This document shows positions 46,994-56,456 of a DNA stretch of 64,000 bases, piece by piece. The position numbers were made by a program, and so were the translations under genes. Position 1 is the first letter of the stretch; every line of letters begins with the position of its first letter. Origin of the DNA: an uncultured Bryobacterales bacterium (GTDB lineage Bacteria; Acidobacteriota; Terriglobia; Bryobacterales; UBA6623); the NCBI GenBank assembly GCA_958295955.1, contig OY282420.1, positions 829,899-893,898 on the forward strand. Reading direction: 5' to 3'. The notes beneath the pieces are model-generated. The model was not told the DNA's origin. It worked only from the letters and a program-made list of their open reading frames with translations, and made no database searches.

Positions 46994-47881
46994 TCATTGC
47001 GCGGCAGGCGTTGCCGCAGCGTAATCGGCGTCGATGAACTCGACCGGCATGGTCGCTCGAATTTCTTCCAGCTTCGCCTGGATTTTGGAACCCTCCAGCT
47101 TGCGCAGAATGTCGGACAACGCTTCCTCGTAGGGTTTCATCCGGATTTCGTTGACCTTGAAGATGTAGAATTTCCCGCCGTCCTTGACGGCTTGGGAAAC
47201 CTCGCCTTCCTGCAGCGCAAAGACGGCTTCCTTCAGTGCGGCCGGCAGTTGACCGTCCCGGCTCAGCCAGCCGATCTCGCCGCCTTCCTCGGCGGAGAGC
47301 TTGTCGTCGGAGTGTTCTTTGGCCAGGGCTGCGAAGTCGGCGCCGGCGCGTATTGCCGACAACAGCTTTTCGGCCTTGTCCCCGGCATCCTGCTCGCTCA
47401 CCGGAGCGCGCCCGGCGCGCTCGGCCAACTCGGGCAGCGGATCGTACTCGATATGGATCGCCGATACGTTGGACTCGCTGTAATCCCCGGCGTGGTCTTC
47501 GTAATACTTTTTCTTTTCTTCGTTGGTAATCGACAGGGCCGCGTTGATCCGGCTCAGATGGCTCTGCGCGAGGAAGTTCAGGCGCAGGAACGCGAACTGC
47601 GATTTGTAAGGCTCTTGCTCCAGCAGGCCGGATTGCTCGGATGCGTTGGAAAGCGCCAGAAGATTCGCATAGGTATCGACGAATGCCTTGTTGCCCATGT
47701 GCATGACGTTCCGGCGGAACTGCTCGGGCAGGGTGTTGCGAATCCTGTCGAGCTGCTCGGCGGTGTAGCCTTTGCCGCCGATCTTGACAACGATCTCGGC
47801 GTCCGCATCCTGGCCGAATAGGGCAACGGACGCCGGAGCGAGCGACAAACACAGTGCAAGGGGGGGAATAAAAAATTTCAC
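46994..47881 (-). CDS. PpiC/parvulin-type peptidyl-prolyl isomerase
   Basis: Signal peptide; GADFAALAKEHSDD..SA..GG.IGW, GEVS. Confidence 0.85.
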   Translation of the reverse strand: MKFFIPPLALCLSLAPASVALFGQDADAEIVVKIGGKGYTAEQLDRIRNTLPEQFRRNVMHMGNKAFVDTYANLLALSNASEQSGLLEQEPYKSQFAFLRLNFLAQSHLSRINAALSITNEEKKKYYEDHAGDYSESNVSAIHIEYDPLPELAERAGRAPVSEQDAGDKAEKLLSAIRAGADFAALAKEHSDDKLSAEEGGEIGWLSRDGQLPAALKEAVFALQEGEVSQAVKDGGKFYIFKVNEIRMKPYEEALSDILRKLEGSKIQAKLEEIRATMPVEFIDADYAAATPAAQ

Positions 47882-47966
47882 GGATCGAATCTCCAGAATC
47901 AGGTTTCGTTCGGCGGCCTGCGGCAAGAGACGACGAGCGGCGGCGCGGCTGTAAGCGTTTCGCAGC

Positions 47967-48947
47967 TTAAATGGCGTTTGGATAGTACCCTTCGCGCGCC
48001 TGGACCTTGAGTCCCTTTTGCCGGGCGCGTAATTTGATTTTACGAAATCCTGCAATGGACGGGTCGCGTTTCGGCGAGTAGCCGATGCTGTACTGATTGC
48101 GCATCTCCTCGTTGATTTTGTCGAAGATGCCGCTCAGCGTGTTGCGCCTGGTGACTTCGAAGAGGCTTCCGCCGGTATCGCGCGAGATGCGGCGCAGGGC
48201 GCCGGATACGCCGACGCCCTGGCCGTAACGCATATAAAAGGCGCGGTCGAAATAGCGGATCGAGAAGATCACGACATCGGCGCGGTGCGCGGCTTCGATT
48301 GCCTGGTCGAGCTTCATCTTGCTGCCGGAATCGTTGCCGTCGGAAATGATGACCAGCGCCTTGCGGCCGACCTGCCCCCGGAACATTTCGTCGCAGGCGA
48401 GGTAAATCGCGTCGTAGAGGGCCGTGCCGACCGCTCCGCTCGAACCGGTCGGGCCGGGATGCAGGCCGCGCACCGAGCTTTCGACGCGCAACTCGTCGAG
48501 TCCGCGCGAGAGCAACTTGCGGGAATCGGTATAGTCTTGCAGCAACTCGACGTTCGAGTCGAAGCTCATCAGAAAAGCGAGGTCTTCGTTTTCGCGCAGG
48601 ACGGCTTCGAAGAAACGGTACGAGGCGTGCCGCTGGTCTTCGATCAAACGCTCCTGGCTGACGCTGGTATCGACCAACAGGCCGATCGTGATGGGCAGGT
48701 CGGTTTGCCGCGCGAAGTAGGAGACGTCCTGGCGCGCGCCGTCTTCTTCGAGAATGAAGTCGTCTTTGGTCAGGCTGTTGACCAGACGGCCTTTGCCGTC
48801 CCTGACGGTGGCCAGCAGGTTGACGACCTTGACGTCGAGAGAAAAGGTAGGGCTATCGAAAGGCTCGCCGCCGGCCGCGCGATCTTGCGCAGCGAGCGGA
48901 ACCGCCGCAGCGGCGGACGCAAGCAACAACGCAAGCAGACGGTTCAT
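47967..48947 (-). CDS. Acidobacteria-type VWA domain protein
   Basis: VNLLATVRD..G..V..L.K.DF...EDG, MIDAS DTSVS, GTALYDAI, ISDG.D, TGG, QYSIGY.P. Confidence 0.88.
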   Translation of the reverse strand: MNRLLALLLASAAAAVPLAAQDRAAGGEPFDSPTFSLDVKVVNLLATVRDGKGRLVNSLTKDDFILEEDGARQDVSYFARQTDLPITIGLLVDTSVSQERLIEDQRHASYRFFEAVLRENEDLAFLMSFDSNVELLQDYTDSRKLLSRGLDELRVESSVRGLHPGPTGSSGAVGTALYDAIYLACDEMFRGQVGRKALVIISDGNDSGSKMKLDQAIEAAHRADVVIFSIRYFDRAFYMRYGQGVGVSGALRRISRDTGGSLFEVTRRNTLSGIFDKINEEMRNQYSIGYSPKRDPSIAGFRKIKLRARQKGLKVQAREGYYPNAI

Positions 48948-49066
48948 CTCTTTGGAAAGACGCTCCGCTTCCGAAGCGGGTTTCCGCAAGACCGATTCTA
49001 ACAGGGGGCCCGAACGGCCTGCGCCGCGCGGGCGGTTGCTACACTGCGGAGCAAAACGAACGATCG

Positions 49067-49189
49067 GCAATCCGGAGTTTCAACGGCAGCCGCCATGCGG
49101 ACGAAGCTTTGTTCGGGAAAGAACTTGTCGATCGGATTCCTGTTCTTGGCGAGGAATGGCGCGCTCCGTTGAAGAGCAGATCGTTTTAA
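49067..49189 (+). pseudogene. C-terminal relic of a convergent gene (possibly the cognate restriction endonuclease)
   Basis: AIRSFNGSRHADEALFGKELVDRIPVLGEEWRAPLKSRSF*; no start; its stop overlaps the MTase stop (TTAA). Confidence 0.25.
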
Positions 49190-50133
49190 GCCGCGTAGGT
49201 GAGCAGTAAGCGATCCGAGACGCGTTCTTGCTCCAGCGTCTGCCCATCCATCTGGAAACGCCGCAGCATCGACCGGCCGCAGTCGATGAAAACCTCCCGT
49301 TCGAACAAACCTTGCGGCAGGGGCAGATCGACCTTGCGCTTGCCGGATTTCTTCGTTCCGTCGATGCTCAAAGCTACATAGACCCCCCTGGACTTGCAGT
49401 CCTCGATGACCCGAAAAAGGTCGAGCAAGTCGAAGGACTGGGCGCCGTAGAGAATGGCCTGGGTATTGCTGTACGGAGGATCGCAATAGATCAGATCGCC
49501 GGGCTTTGCCCTTGCCATGGCTTCTTCGTATTCCAGCAGCAAGAACTGCGTTCCGGCGGTTCGCAGCTTCCACTCGTCCACTCGTTTGGAGAAGCTTTTG
49601 GGGTGAATCGGATCGTGAATCCCGCACGGCGTGGACATGCGCCCGTCAGCCTGCCTGAATCGCACGACGCCTCCGTAACACGACCTGCACAGGAAGAGAA
49701 GGTCGGCTCCGTTCGGATTCGTGTTGTAGGCGGCCTTGATCTTCTCGTACTGCGCGACCTTCTCTCCGTCCTGCAGGAAAAGCCAGCGGTCGGCATACCA
49801 AAGCTTCAGCAACTCGGGATCGGCGGAGAGGGTTTGCCAAATCTCGATGAGGGGATGGAAGCAGTCGGAGGCTATGCCGCGTTGCGGGGCCAGGGTGGCG
49901 AGCACGGCGCCGCTGCCGACAAAGGGCTCCCGGTAGGCGCCGATCTTCGCCGGAAAGAAAGAGGCAATCCGATGGGCGAACCGCTGCTTGTTGCCGATCC
50001 ATTTGAGCAGTCCCGTTTTGAACGGGGCGACCGCGCGCAGGGCGCTGAATGCAAGTTGCCGGCGGACGGCCGTAGCGGCCCACTCGGTTTTTACGGCCGT
50101 CGGTTCGGCGCCGGGCCTGGAAGCATCCATCAA
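49186..50133 (-). CDS. Dam-family (D12 class) DNA adenine methyltransferase, orphan
   Basis: LLKWIGNK, EPFVGSGAV, YCDPPY. Confidence 0.9.
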   Translation of the reverse strand: MMDASRPGAEPTAVKTEWAATAVRRQLAFSALRAVAPFKTGLLKWIGNKQRFAHRIASFFPAKIGAYREPFVGSGAVLATLAPQRGIASDCFHPLIEIWQTLSADPELLKLWYADRWLFLQDGEKVAQYEKIKAAYNTNPNGADLLFLCRSCYGGVVRFRQADGRMSTPCGIHDPIHPKSFSKRVDEWKLRTAGTQFLLLEYEEAMARAKPGDLIYCDPPYSNTQAILYGAQSFDLLDLFRVIEDCKSRGVYVALSIDGTKKSGKRKVDLPLPQGLFEREVFIDCGRSMLRRFQMDGQTLEQERVSDRLLLTYAA

Positions 50134-50248
50134 GGCATTCTTTGGGGCGCCGCGCAGGTTTCGAAGCGATGGACTGTCAATTGGTAATCAAAGCCTCCGC
50201 GGAGCGCGCCCGGCGCGCCGCGCGGCGGTTGGTACACTTTGGAGCGGC

Positions 50249-51673
50249 ATGAAGAAAATTCCGTGGCTGTTGGCGGTTTTGGCGGCGCCGGCGATTCCCG
50301 CTCCCGCCGCGCTGCAAAAGCCGAACATCGTTCTTATCGTAAGCGACGACCAGGGCTGGAACGACGTCGGCTATCACGGCTCCGAAGCCCCGACGCCCAA
50401 TATCGACCGCATTGCCCGCGAGGGAGTCGAGCTCGACCGCTTCTACGGAACGCCGATCTGCACTCCGACTCGCGCGGGCCTGATGACCGGCCGCTACCCC
50501 ATTCGGTTCGGCTTGCAGCGGGTAACGGTGAAAAGTTGGGGCAAGCGGGCTGTCCCCGAGAACGAAGTTCTGCTGCCCGAAGCTCTGGCCGAGGCCGGCT
50601 ACAAGACGCGGGCCATGGTCGGCAAGTGGCACTTGGGTTGGGCGCGGCGGGCGCACCACCCGATGAGCCGGGGCTTTACCTCGTTCTACGGGCTGGGCGG
50701 CGGCTCGGTCGGTTACTTCACTCTGGGGCGACGCGGCATTCGGGACTGGCATCGCGACTGGGAAGAAAGCCCCGACAAGGGCTACGCGACCACGCTGCTC
50801 GGGCAGGAAGCCGCAAGGATTATCGAGCAGGCGAAGCCGGACGAGCCGTTCTTTCTCTACGCGGCGTTCAATGCGGTGCATACTCCGAACGATTATCTGC
50901 CGGAGCAGTACGCGCGGTTTGCGCATATAGCGGATGAGAAACGCCGGCAACGCCTGGCGATGGTTGCTTCTCTCGACGCCGAGATCGGCCGCATCCTGAA
51001 CGCCCTCGACCGCAAGGGACTGACCGACGACACGCTCGTGTGGTTCCTGTGCGACAACGGCGGCAACATTCCCGGCGGCGCCTCGAACCTGCCCCTGCGC
51101 GACGGCAAATGGGCAGTGTACGAAGGCGGCATCCGGCTTGCCTCGGCGCTGCGCTGGCCCAACGGCCTCGACGGCGGGCGCAAGCTGATCGAGCCGGTCG
51201 GCTATATCGACGTGTTCCCGACGCTGATGCGCGTCGCGGGCGCCTCCGGGCATGGCGGGCAGCCGTTCGACGGCGAGGACGCCTGGGACGTGATTCGCGG
51301 CGAGAAAACCCGCGGCGACTGGTTTTTTCATTCGTATTTCCAGGGGCAGCGCATCCCGCAGAACAGCGAGCCCGGGCGAAAAGTCATGTTCGAGCGCAAC
51401 GCCGTCAACAGCAGGCGCTGGAAACTCGTCCGCCTCGGGCCGGATATGCGGAAAACAGCCAACCCGCGAACCGACGCCACGCTGGAGTTGTACCGCATCG
51501 ACGAGGATATCTCCGAGCGCCGCAACCTCGCCCGGCAGCATCCCTACATCGTCGAAGACCTGCTGCGGCGGATGACGGCGTTCCGACAGACGCAGAAAAA
51601 GCGCCTGGACGCAGTAACGATCCAACCCGGCCCCGACTGGAAACCGACCAGCTTCGCCATCCCGCAAGAGTAA
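50249..51673 (+). CDS. Sulfatase (arylsulfatase B-like)
   Basis: SDDQGWND, CTPTRAGLMTGRYP, GKWHLG, NAVHTP, DNGG. Confidence 0.93.
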   Translation: MKKIPWLLAVLAAPAIPAPAALQKPNIVLIVSDDQGWNDVGYHGSEAPTPNIDRIAREGVELDRFYGTPICTPTRAGLMTGRYPIRFGLQRVTVKSWGKRAVPENEVLLPEALAEAGYKTRAMVGKWHLGWARRAHHPMSRGFTSFYGLGGGSVGYFTLGRRGIRDWHRDWEESPDKGYATTLLGQEAARIIEQAKPDEPFFLYAAFNAVHTPNDYLPEQYARFAHIADEKRRQRLAMVASLDAEIGRILNALDRKGLTDDTLVWFLCDNGGNIPGGASNLPLRDGKWAVYEGGIRLASALRWPNGLDGGRKLIEPVGYIDVFPTLMRVAGASGHGGQPFDGEDAWDVIRGEKTRGDWFFHSYFQGQRIPQNSEPGRKVMFERNAVNSRRWKLVRLGPDMRKTANPRTDATLELYRIDEDISERRNLARQHPYIVEDLLRRMTAFRQTQKKRLDAVTIQPGPDWKPTSFAIPQE

Positions 51674-51753
51674 GGCCCGCGCGGCGTAACGCAGACGCTG
51701 CATCCGGAAACAAAAGTTGGGGAATCCATACTTGACAAACGGAGGATCGGTGA

Positions 51754-51903
51754 ATGACTGAGAGCAGACGTTCCGAAAACCCGGTTTTCGCGGTCGGCTT
51801 CAGGCACGACGGCGCGCTTGAAACTTCACCCGACGGCGCGAATCTCGGCGTGACCCTCCCGCCGCTGCCCGCGGCGCTCGCCTACGCTCTCAAGATCGGC
51901 TGA
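51754..51903 (+). pseudogene. 49-aa ORF resembling the extreme C-terminus of GH29 alpha-L-fucosidases
   Basis: MTESRRSENPVFAVGFRHDGALETSPDGANLGVTLPPLPAALAYALKIG*; GGAGG RBS and TTGACA upstream. Confidence 0.45.
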
Positions 51904-51908
51904 CGCAG

Positions 51909-53795
51909 ATGCGCTCGCTCACGCTTTTCGCCCTACTTGGCGTTTCCGTTTCTCCCTCTTTGGCTGCCGAGCGGCCGAATATCCTCTGGATCGTCTTCGA
52001 GGACATCAGCCCCGATATCGGCGCCTACGGCGACAAGTACGCCGCAACGCCGCATCTGGACCGCTTGGCAAGGGAGAGCGTGCGCTACACGCGCGCCTTC
52101 TCCAACGGCGGCGCCTGCGCCCCCGCCCGCTCGACGCTCATTACCGGAGTCTATCCGCCCTCGATCGGCACGCACCACATGCGCTCGCGCGGCGTTCCCC
52201 CCGCGCACATCCGCGGTTTCACCGAATGGCTGCGCGAAGCCGGCTATTACACGTCCAACCATGCGAAGACCGACTACAACTGGGATCCTCCGCAATCGAC
52301 CTGGGACGTTATCGGCGCCGACTGGCGCGAAGACGGTTGGCGCAAGCGCGGCGAGAAGCCCTTTTTCACGGTAGTGAACATCACCGACACGCACTCCAGC
52401 CAGATTTATCACCCTTGGTACGGCTGGCCGGCGCGCCGCGCCGCGCTTGCGGAAAGCCAACGCCACGACCCCGACCGCGCGGAAGTCCCGCCGTATTACC
52501 CTGACACGCCCGAGGCGAGGGGAGCGTTTGCGCGCTACGCCGACAACATCAGCTTCGCCGACGGCATCGTGGGGGACGTGCTCGATCAACTGGAAAACGA
52601 CGGTCTGGCGGACGACACGATCGTTTTCTACTATTCCGACCACGGCCGCGGCATGCCGCGCAGCAAGTCGTTCCTGTTCGAGTCCTCGACGCACGTGCCG
52701 CTGCTGATTCGATTCCCCGAGAAGTTTCAGGCGTTGGCGCCCGCGGAACCCGGCGGCGTTGTCGAGCGCATGGCGGCTTTCGTCGATTTCGCGCCGACGG
52801 TGCTGAGCCTGGCCGGCATCGAACCGCCGCGGCATTTCCACGGCAGAGCCTTCCTGGGCAAGTACGCGGGCGAGGCCGCGCAATACGTCTTCGGCTACCG
52901 CGACCGCATGGACGAGCGCTACGAGTTCATCCGCTCGGTGCGCGGGCGGCGCTTCAAATACATCCGCAACTACTTTCCGCATCTGCCGTGGTTCCACAAG
53001 CAGACGCGGCTTTACCCCAGCACCCACCCGGTGGCGGCCTCCTGGCATCGGCTTGCCCGCGCGGGCGAATTGACCGGCGCAGCGCGGATTTACATGGCCG
53101 CAACGAAACCGCGCGAGCAGTTGTTCGATCTCGAGAACGACCCGCACGAGCTGCGCAACCTGGCCGGGGATCCGCAATACGAAGACAAGCTCAAGGAACT
53201 GCGCGGGGCGCACCGCGAGTGGGTCGTCGCAAAACGCGACTTGGGCTTTCTGCCGGAATCCGACATGTGGCTGCGTTTCGGCGGCGCCGCGGCGGCGGCT
53301 GCGGCGGCCGACCGGCAAGCGTATCCAATCGAACGCATTCTCGAAACCGCCGACTGGGTAGGCGGCGGTTCCGAATTTGTCGGGCGGCAGCAGGACCGTC
53401 TCGCGGATGACGACCCCACGGTACGCTTCTGGGCGGCGCTGGGGCTGCTCGCCGCGGGCGGCCGAGCGCGGCCCGCCGCAACGGACCTGAGAGCGCGTCT
53501 CTACGACGATTCCGCGGCAGTCTCCACCGTCGCGGCTCAAGCGCTTTGCGCTCTCGGCGAGTGCGCGGCGGCTCTGCCTCTGCTGCTCGAGCAGGTGAAG
53601 AACGCCGACGAGTGGACAGCCTTGCGCGCCGCCAATGCAATCCACCAGCTTGGCGGCAAGGCCGCGCCGCTGCACGCGGAACTGCGCGCCATGCATGCCG
53701 TCGCGGCCAAGCTCGAAGCACGGGACTTTTTTCGGGAAGCGCCGTACGTCCAGTGGGTTCTGCGGGCGCTGTTCCGCGATGCGCAAGCGAACTGA
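51909..53795 (+). CDS. Sulfatase with C-terminal HEAT-like repeats
   Basis: EDIS, CAPARSTLITG, KTDYN, SDHG, RDRMDERY; L.DDDPTVRFWAALGL repeats. Confidence 0.92.
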   Translation: MRSLTLFALLGVSVSPSLAAERPNILWIVFEDISPDIGAYGDKYAATPHLDRLARESVRYTRAFSNGGACAPARSTLITGVYPPSIGTHHMRSRGVPPAHIRGFTEWLREAGYYTSNHAKTDYNWDPPQSTWDVIGADWREDGWRKRGEKPFFTVVNITDTHSSQIYHPWYGWPARRAALAESQRHDPDRAEVPPYYPDTPEARGAFARYADNISFADGIVGDVLDQLENDGLADDTIVFYYSDHGRGMPRSKSFLFESSTHVPLLIRFPEKFQALAPAEPGGVVERMAAFVDFAPTVLSLAGIEPPRHFHGRAFLGKYAGEAAQYVFGYRDRMDERYEFIRSVRGRRFKYIRNYFPHLPWFHKQTRLYPSTHPVAASWHRLARAGELTGAARIYMAATKPREQLFDLENDPHELRNLAGDPQYEDKLKELRGAHREWVVAKRDLGFLPESDMWLRFGGAAAAAAAADRQAYPIERILETADWVGGGSEFVGRQQDRLADDDPTVRFWAALGLLAAGGRARPAATDLRARLYDDSAAVSTVAAQALCALGECAAALPLLLEQVKNADEWTALRAANAIHQLGGKAAPLHAELRAMHAVAAKLEARDFFREAPYVQWVLRALFRDAQAN

Positions 53796-53944
53796 ACGGC
53801 GCGCATTGTCATTGGCCGGGTGCGGCGGGGGCGTGCGGTCCTTTCTGTCCCGCTCCTCCGACGTCTTCGCCCTCGGCGATCAAATCCGCCAACAGCGCGG
53901 CAATTTCGTCTGCGCCGCCGGAAGTTTCTGCTAAAGTTTGAGCC

Positions 53945-56422
53945 ATGCGGATACTGCAAACCTGTCTTCTCGCCGTCGCGCTCTGCCCGATCCCGCAGGC
54001 GGCGGCGCAAAACGCGGAGCTTCTTGCCGATGTCGCCATGGCCGGCGCCGAGACGCGCGAGGACGATCTGCCGGTGATCGCCGCGGCGCCGGACGGCTCG
54101 CTGTGGTTCGTCTGGATGTGCTACTCCGACCGGCGCGACGAGATCGCCGTCCGCCGCCGGGTAAACGGCGTCTGGGGCAACTTGCAATACGTGCCCAACA
54201 CCAGCGGAGACGTGTGGCTGCCGCAAGCGGGCGTGGACAGCGCCGGGCGGTTATGGGTCGTCTGGTCGCAGATGCAAGACGGCAACTGGGACATCTACGC
54301 CCGAAGCTACGACCCGAGCGAAGAAGCCTGGGGGCGGATGGTCCGCCTGACCGACCATGACCTGCCCGACATCAATCCGCGGCTGGCCGACGACGGCAAG
54401 GGGCGGCTGGCGCTGGTCTGGCAGGGGTTCCGCGGGAAGCACGCGAACATTTACCTGAAAACCTACTCCGCCGGCAACGGCTGGTCGCCGGACGTGCAGA
54501 TTACGGGACGCCCCGCCAACGAGTGGGAGCCTGCGGCCGCGTTCGACTCGAAAGGAACGATCTGGGTAGCCTACGACAGCTACAAAAACGGCAACTACGA
54601 TGTCTATCTGACGGGGGTCCGCAACGGGAAAATCACCGTGCCCGAGTTGGCCGTCGCCGCAACCGGGCGCTTCGAATCGCGGGCGACCGTGGCGGTCGAC
54701 GCCGCCGACCGCGTCTGGGTCGCTTGGGAAGCCGGGGGCGCCAACTGGGGCAAGGACACCGGCTACAACATCCGCGACCGGCAGCCCGGCGTGCGTCTCG
54801 GCGACGTTCGCGAGGCGCGCATCGCAGCCTACGCCAACGGACGCCTGCAATCTCCCGTCGAACCGCTTCAAAACGCTTTTTCGGCCGGCGAAGGCAAGCC
54901 GAAGTGGACCTACCAGCCGCACGTCTTCAGCGACAAGGGCGGCAACGTCCTCGTGGCCGCCAAGCGACTGCTTCGCGTAACCCGCCAGGGAGCCGGCACC
55001 CGCGGTTACTGGGAATACCTGCTGACGCGCTACGAGGGCGGCAAATGGCGCGAGGCTCAGCCCTTTCCGCACAGCTTCGGACGTTCGAGCACCCGCATCG
55101 ACGCGGCGAACGCCGCCGACGGCAGCATCTGGTTCGCCTGGCCGACCGACAACCGCACGACGGCCTACGCGCACCGCCCGATTCTGGGCGAAGCGTGGGC
55201 CGGCCGGCTCGAACCGCTCGACGCAGCCCCGGCGCCGGAACTGACGGCTTTCGCCAACGAGGAAGTCGAAGTCAAAGCCTGGCATCCGAACGAAGCGGCC
55301 GACCTCGACGCCATCCGCGGCTACCGCACCACGGTTCACGGCCGCCCGGTGCAAATCGTCCGCGGCGACTTTCACCGCCATACCGAATTGAGTTGGGACG
55401 GCGGCGGCGGATACGACGGCTCATTGCAGGATTTCTACCGCTACATGATCGACGCCGCGGCCATGGATTTCGGGGCGTCCACCGATCACCAGGGCGGCGC
55501 CTACGACTACTGGTGGTGGTACTCGCAGAAGATGACCGACATGCACCACTTGCCGGGGGCGTACACCTCGGTCTTCGGCTACGAGCGCAGCGCCCACCAG
55601 CCCGACGGCCACCGCAACATATTCTTTGCCGACCGCGCGGGCGAAGTCGTCCCGTTCTACATGCGCAACGATGCGCGCTACGCGCTGGGCAAGAACCCGA
55701 TAGGGGACATACCGGGCGTCGGCTCGCAAAACCTCGTCCGCGACGATACCAAGCATTTGTACGAGGCCGTCCGCCGCATGGGCGGCATCGCGATCTCGCA
55801 CACCTCCGGCACGCGCATGGGCACCGATTGGCGGGACAACGATCCGGAGATCGAGCCGGTCGTCGAGATCATGCAGGGCGCCCGCACGAATTACGAATAC
55901 GTCGGGGCGCCGCTGTCGGCCAAAAGCGGCGAGCCGGCCGACGCTCCCGGCGGCTACGAGCCGGTCGGCATGGTGCGCAACGCCTGGAACAAGGGTTATC
56001 GGCTGGGGGTCACGGCGAGCTCCGACCACGGCTCGACGCATTATTCCTACACGATGGCGTATGTTGACCGCACGACGCGCCAGGGCATCCTCGACGCCAT
56101 GCGGCGCAGGCACACCTACGGCGCAACCGACAACATTCTGTTGGACGCGCGCATGGGCGATCACTTCATGGGCGATGAGTTCCGCACCGCCGTACCCTTG
56201 CCGCTGAAAATAAGAGTGCGCGGCACGGTTGACGTGGAGAAGGTCGTTATCATGCGCGGCGACCGGACCCTGCACGTCCAGACGCCGGGCGCGCAGGAAG
56301 TCATGTTCGAGTATCTCGACCGCAGCGCGCGCCGCGGCATGGGCTTGCAGTATTACTATGTCCGCGTCGAACAATCCGACGGCAACGTTGCCTGGGGCAG
56401 CCCCTTCTGGGTGAATTATTAA
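53945..56422 (+). CDS. Secreted beta-propeller + PHP-type (DUF3604/CehA-like) metallohydrolase
   Basis: Repeated D..G.LW.VW blades; GDFHRHT, TDH, GYE, GHRN, SHT, SSDH, YYYVRVEQ.DG..AW.SP.W. Confidence 0.8.
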   Translation: MRILQTCLLAVALCPIPQAAAQNAELLADVAMAGAETREDDLPVIAAAPDGSLWFVWMCYSDRRDEIAVRRRVNGVWGNLQYVPNTSGDVWLPQAGVDSAGRLWVVWSQMQDGNWDIYARSYDPSEEAWGRMVRLTDHDLPDINPRLADDGKGRLALVWQGFRGKHANIYLKTYSAGNGWSPDVQITGRPANEWEPAAAFDSKGTIWVAYDSYKNGNYDVYLTGVRNGKITVPELAVAATGRFESRATVAVDAADRVWVAWEAGGANWGKDTGYNIRDRQPGVRLGDVREARIAAYANGRLQSPVEPLQNAFSAGEGKPKWTYQPHVFSDKGGNVLVAAKRLLRVTRQGAGTRGYWEYLLTRYEGGKWREAQPFPHSFGRSSTRIDAANAADGSIWFAWPTDNRTTAYAHRPILGEAWAGRLEPLDAAPAPELTAFANEEVEVKAWHPNEAADLDAIRGYRTTVHGRPVQIVRGDFHRHTELSWDGGGGYDGSLQDFYRYMIDAAAMDFGASTDHQGGAYDYWWWYSQKMTDMHHLPGAYTSVFGYERSAHQPDGHRNIFFADRAGEVVPFYMRNDARYALGKNPIGDIPGVGSQNLVRDDTKHLYEAVRRMGGIAISHTSGTRMGTDWRDNDPEIEPVVEIMQGARTNYEYVGAPLSAKSGEPADAPGGYEPVGMVRNAWNKGYRLGVTASSDHGSTHYSYTMAYVDRTTRQGILDAMRRRHTYGATDNILLDARMGDHFMGDEFRTAVPLPLKIRVRGTVDVEKVVIMRGDRTLHVQTPGAQEVMFEYLDRSARRGMGLQYYYVRVEQSDGNVAWGSPFWVNY

Positions 56423-56456
56423 CCCGCCGCGCCGCAGCCGGTAAACTAACCGACCG

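Noticed and set aside
53809-53946. Short minus-strand ORF MAQTLAETSGGADEIAALLADL...
   Set aside because: Its start overlaps the next gene's ATG, and it has no RBS or recognisable family.
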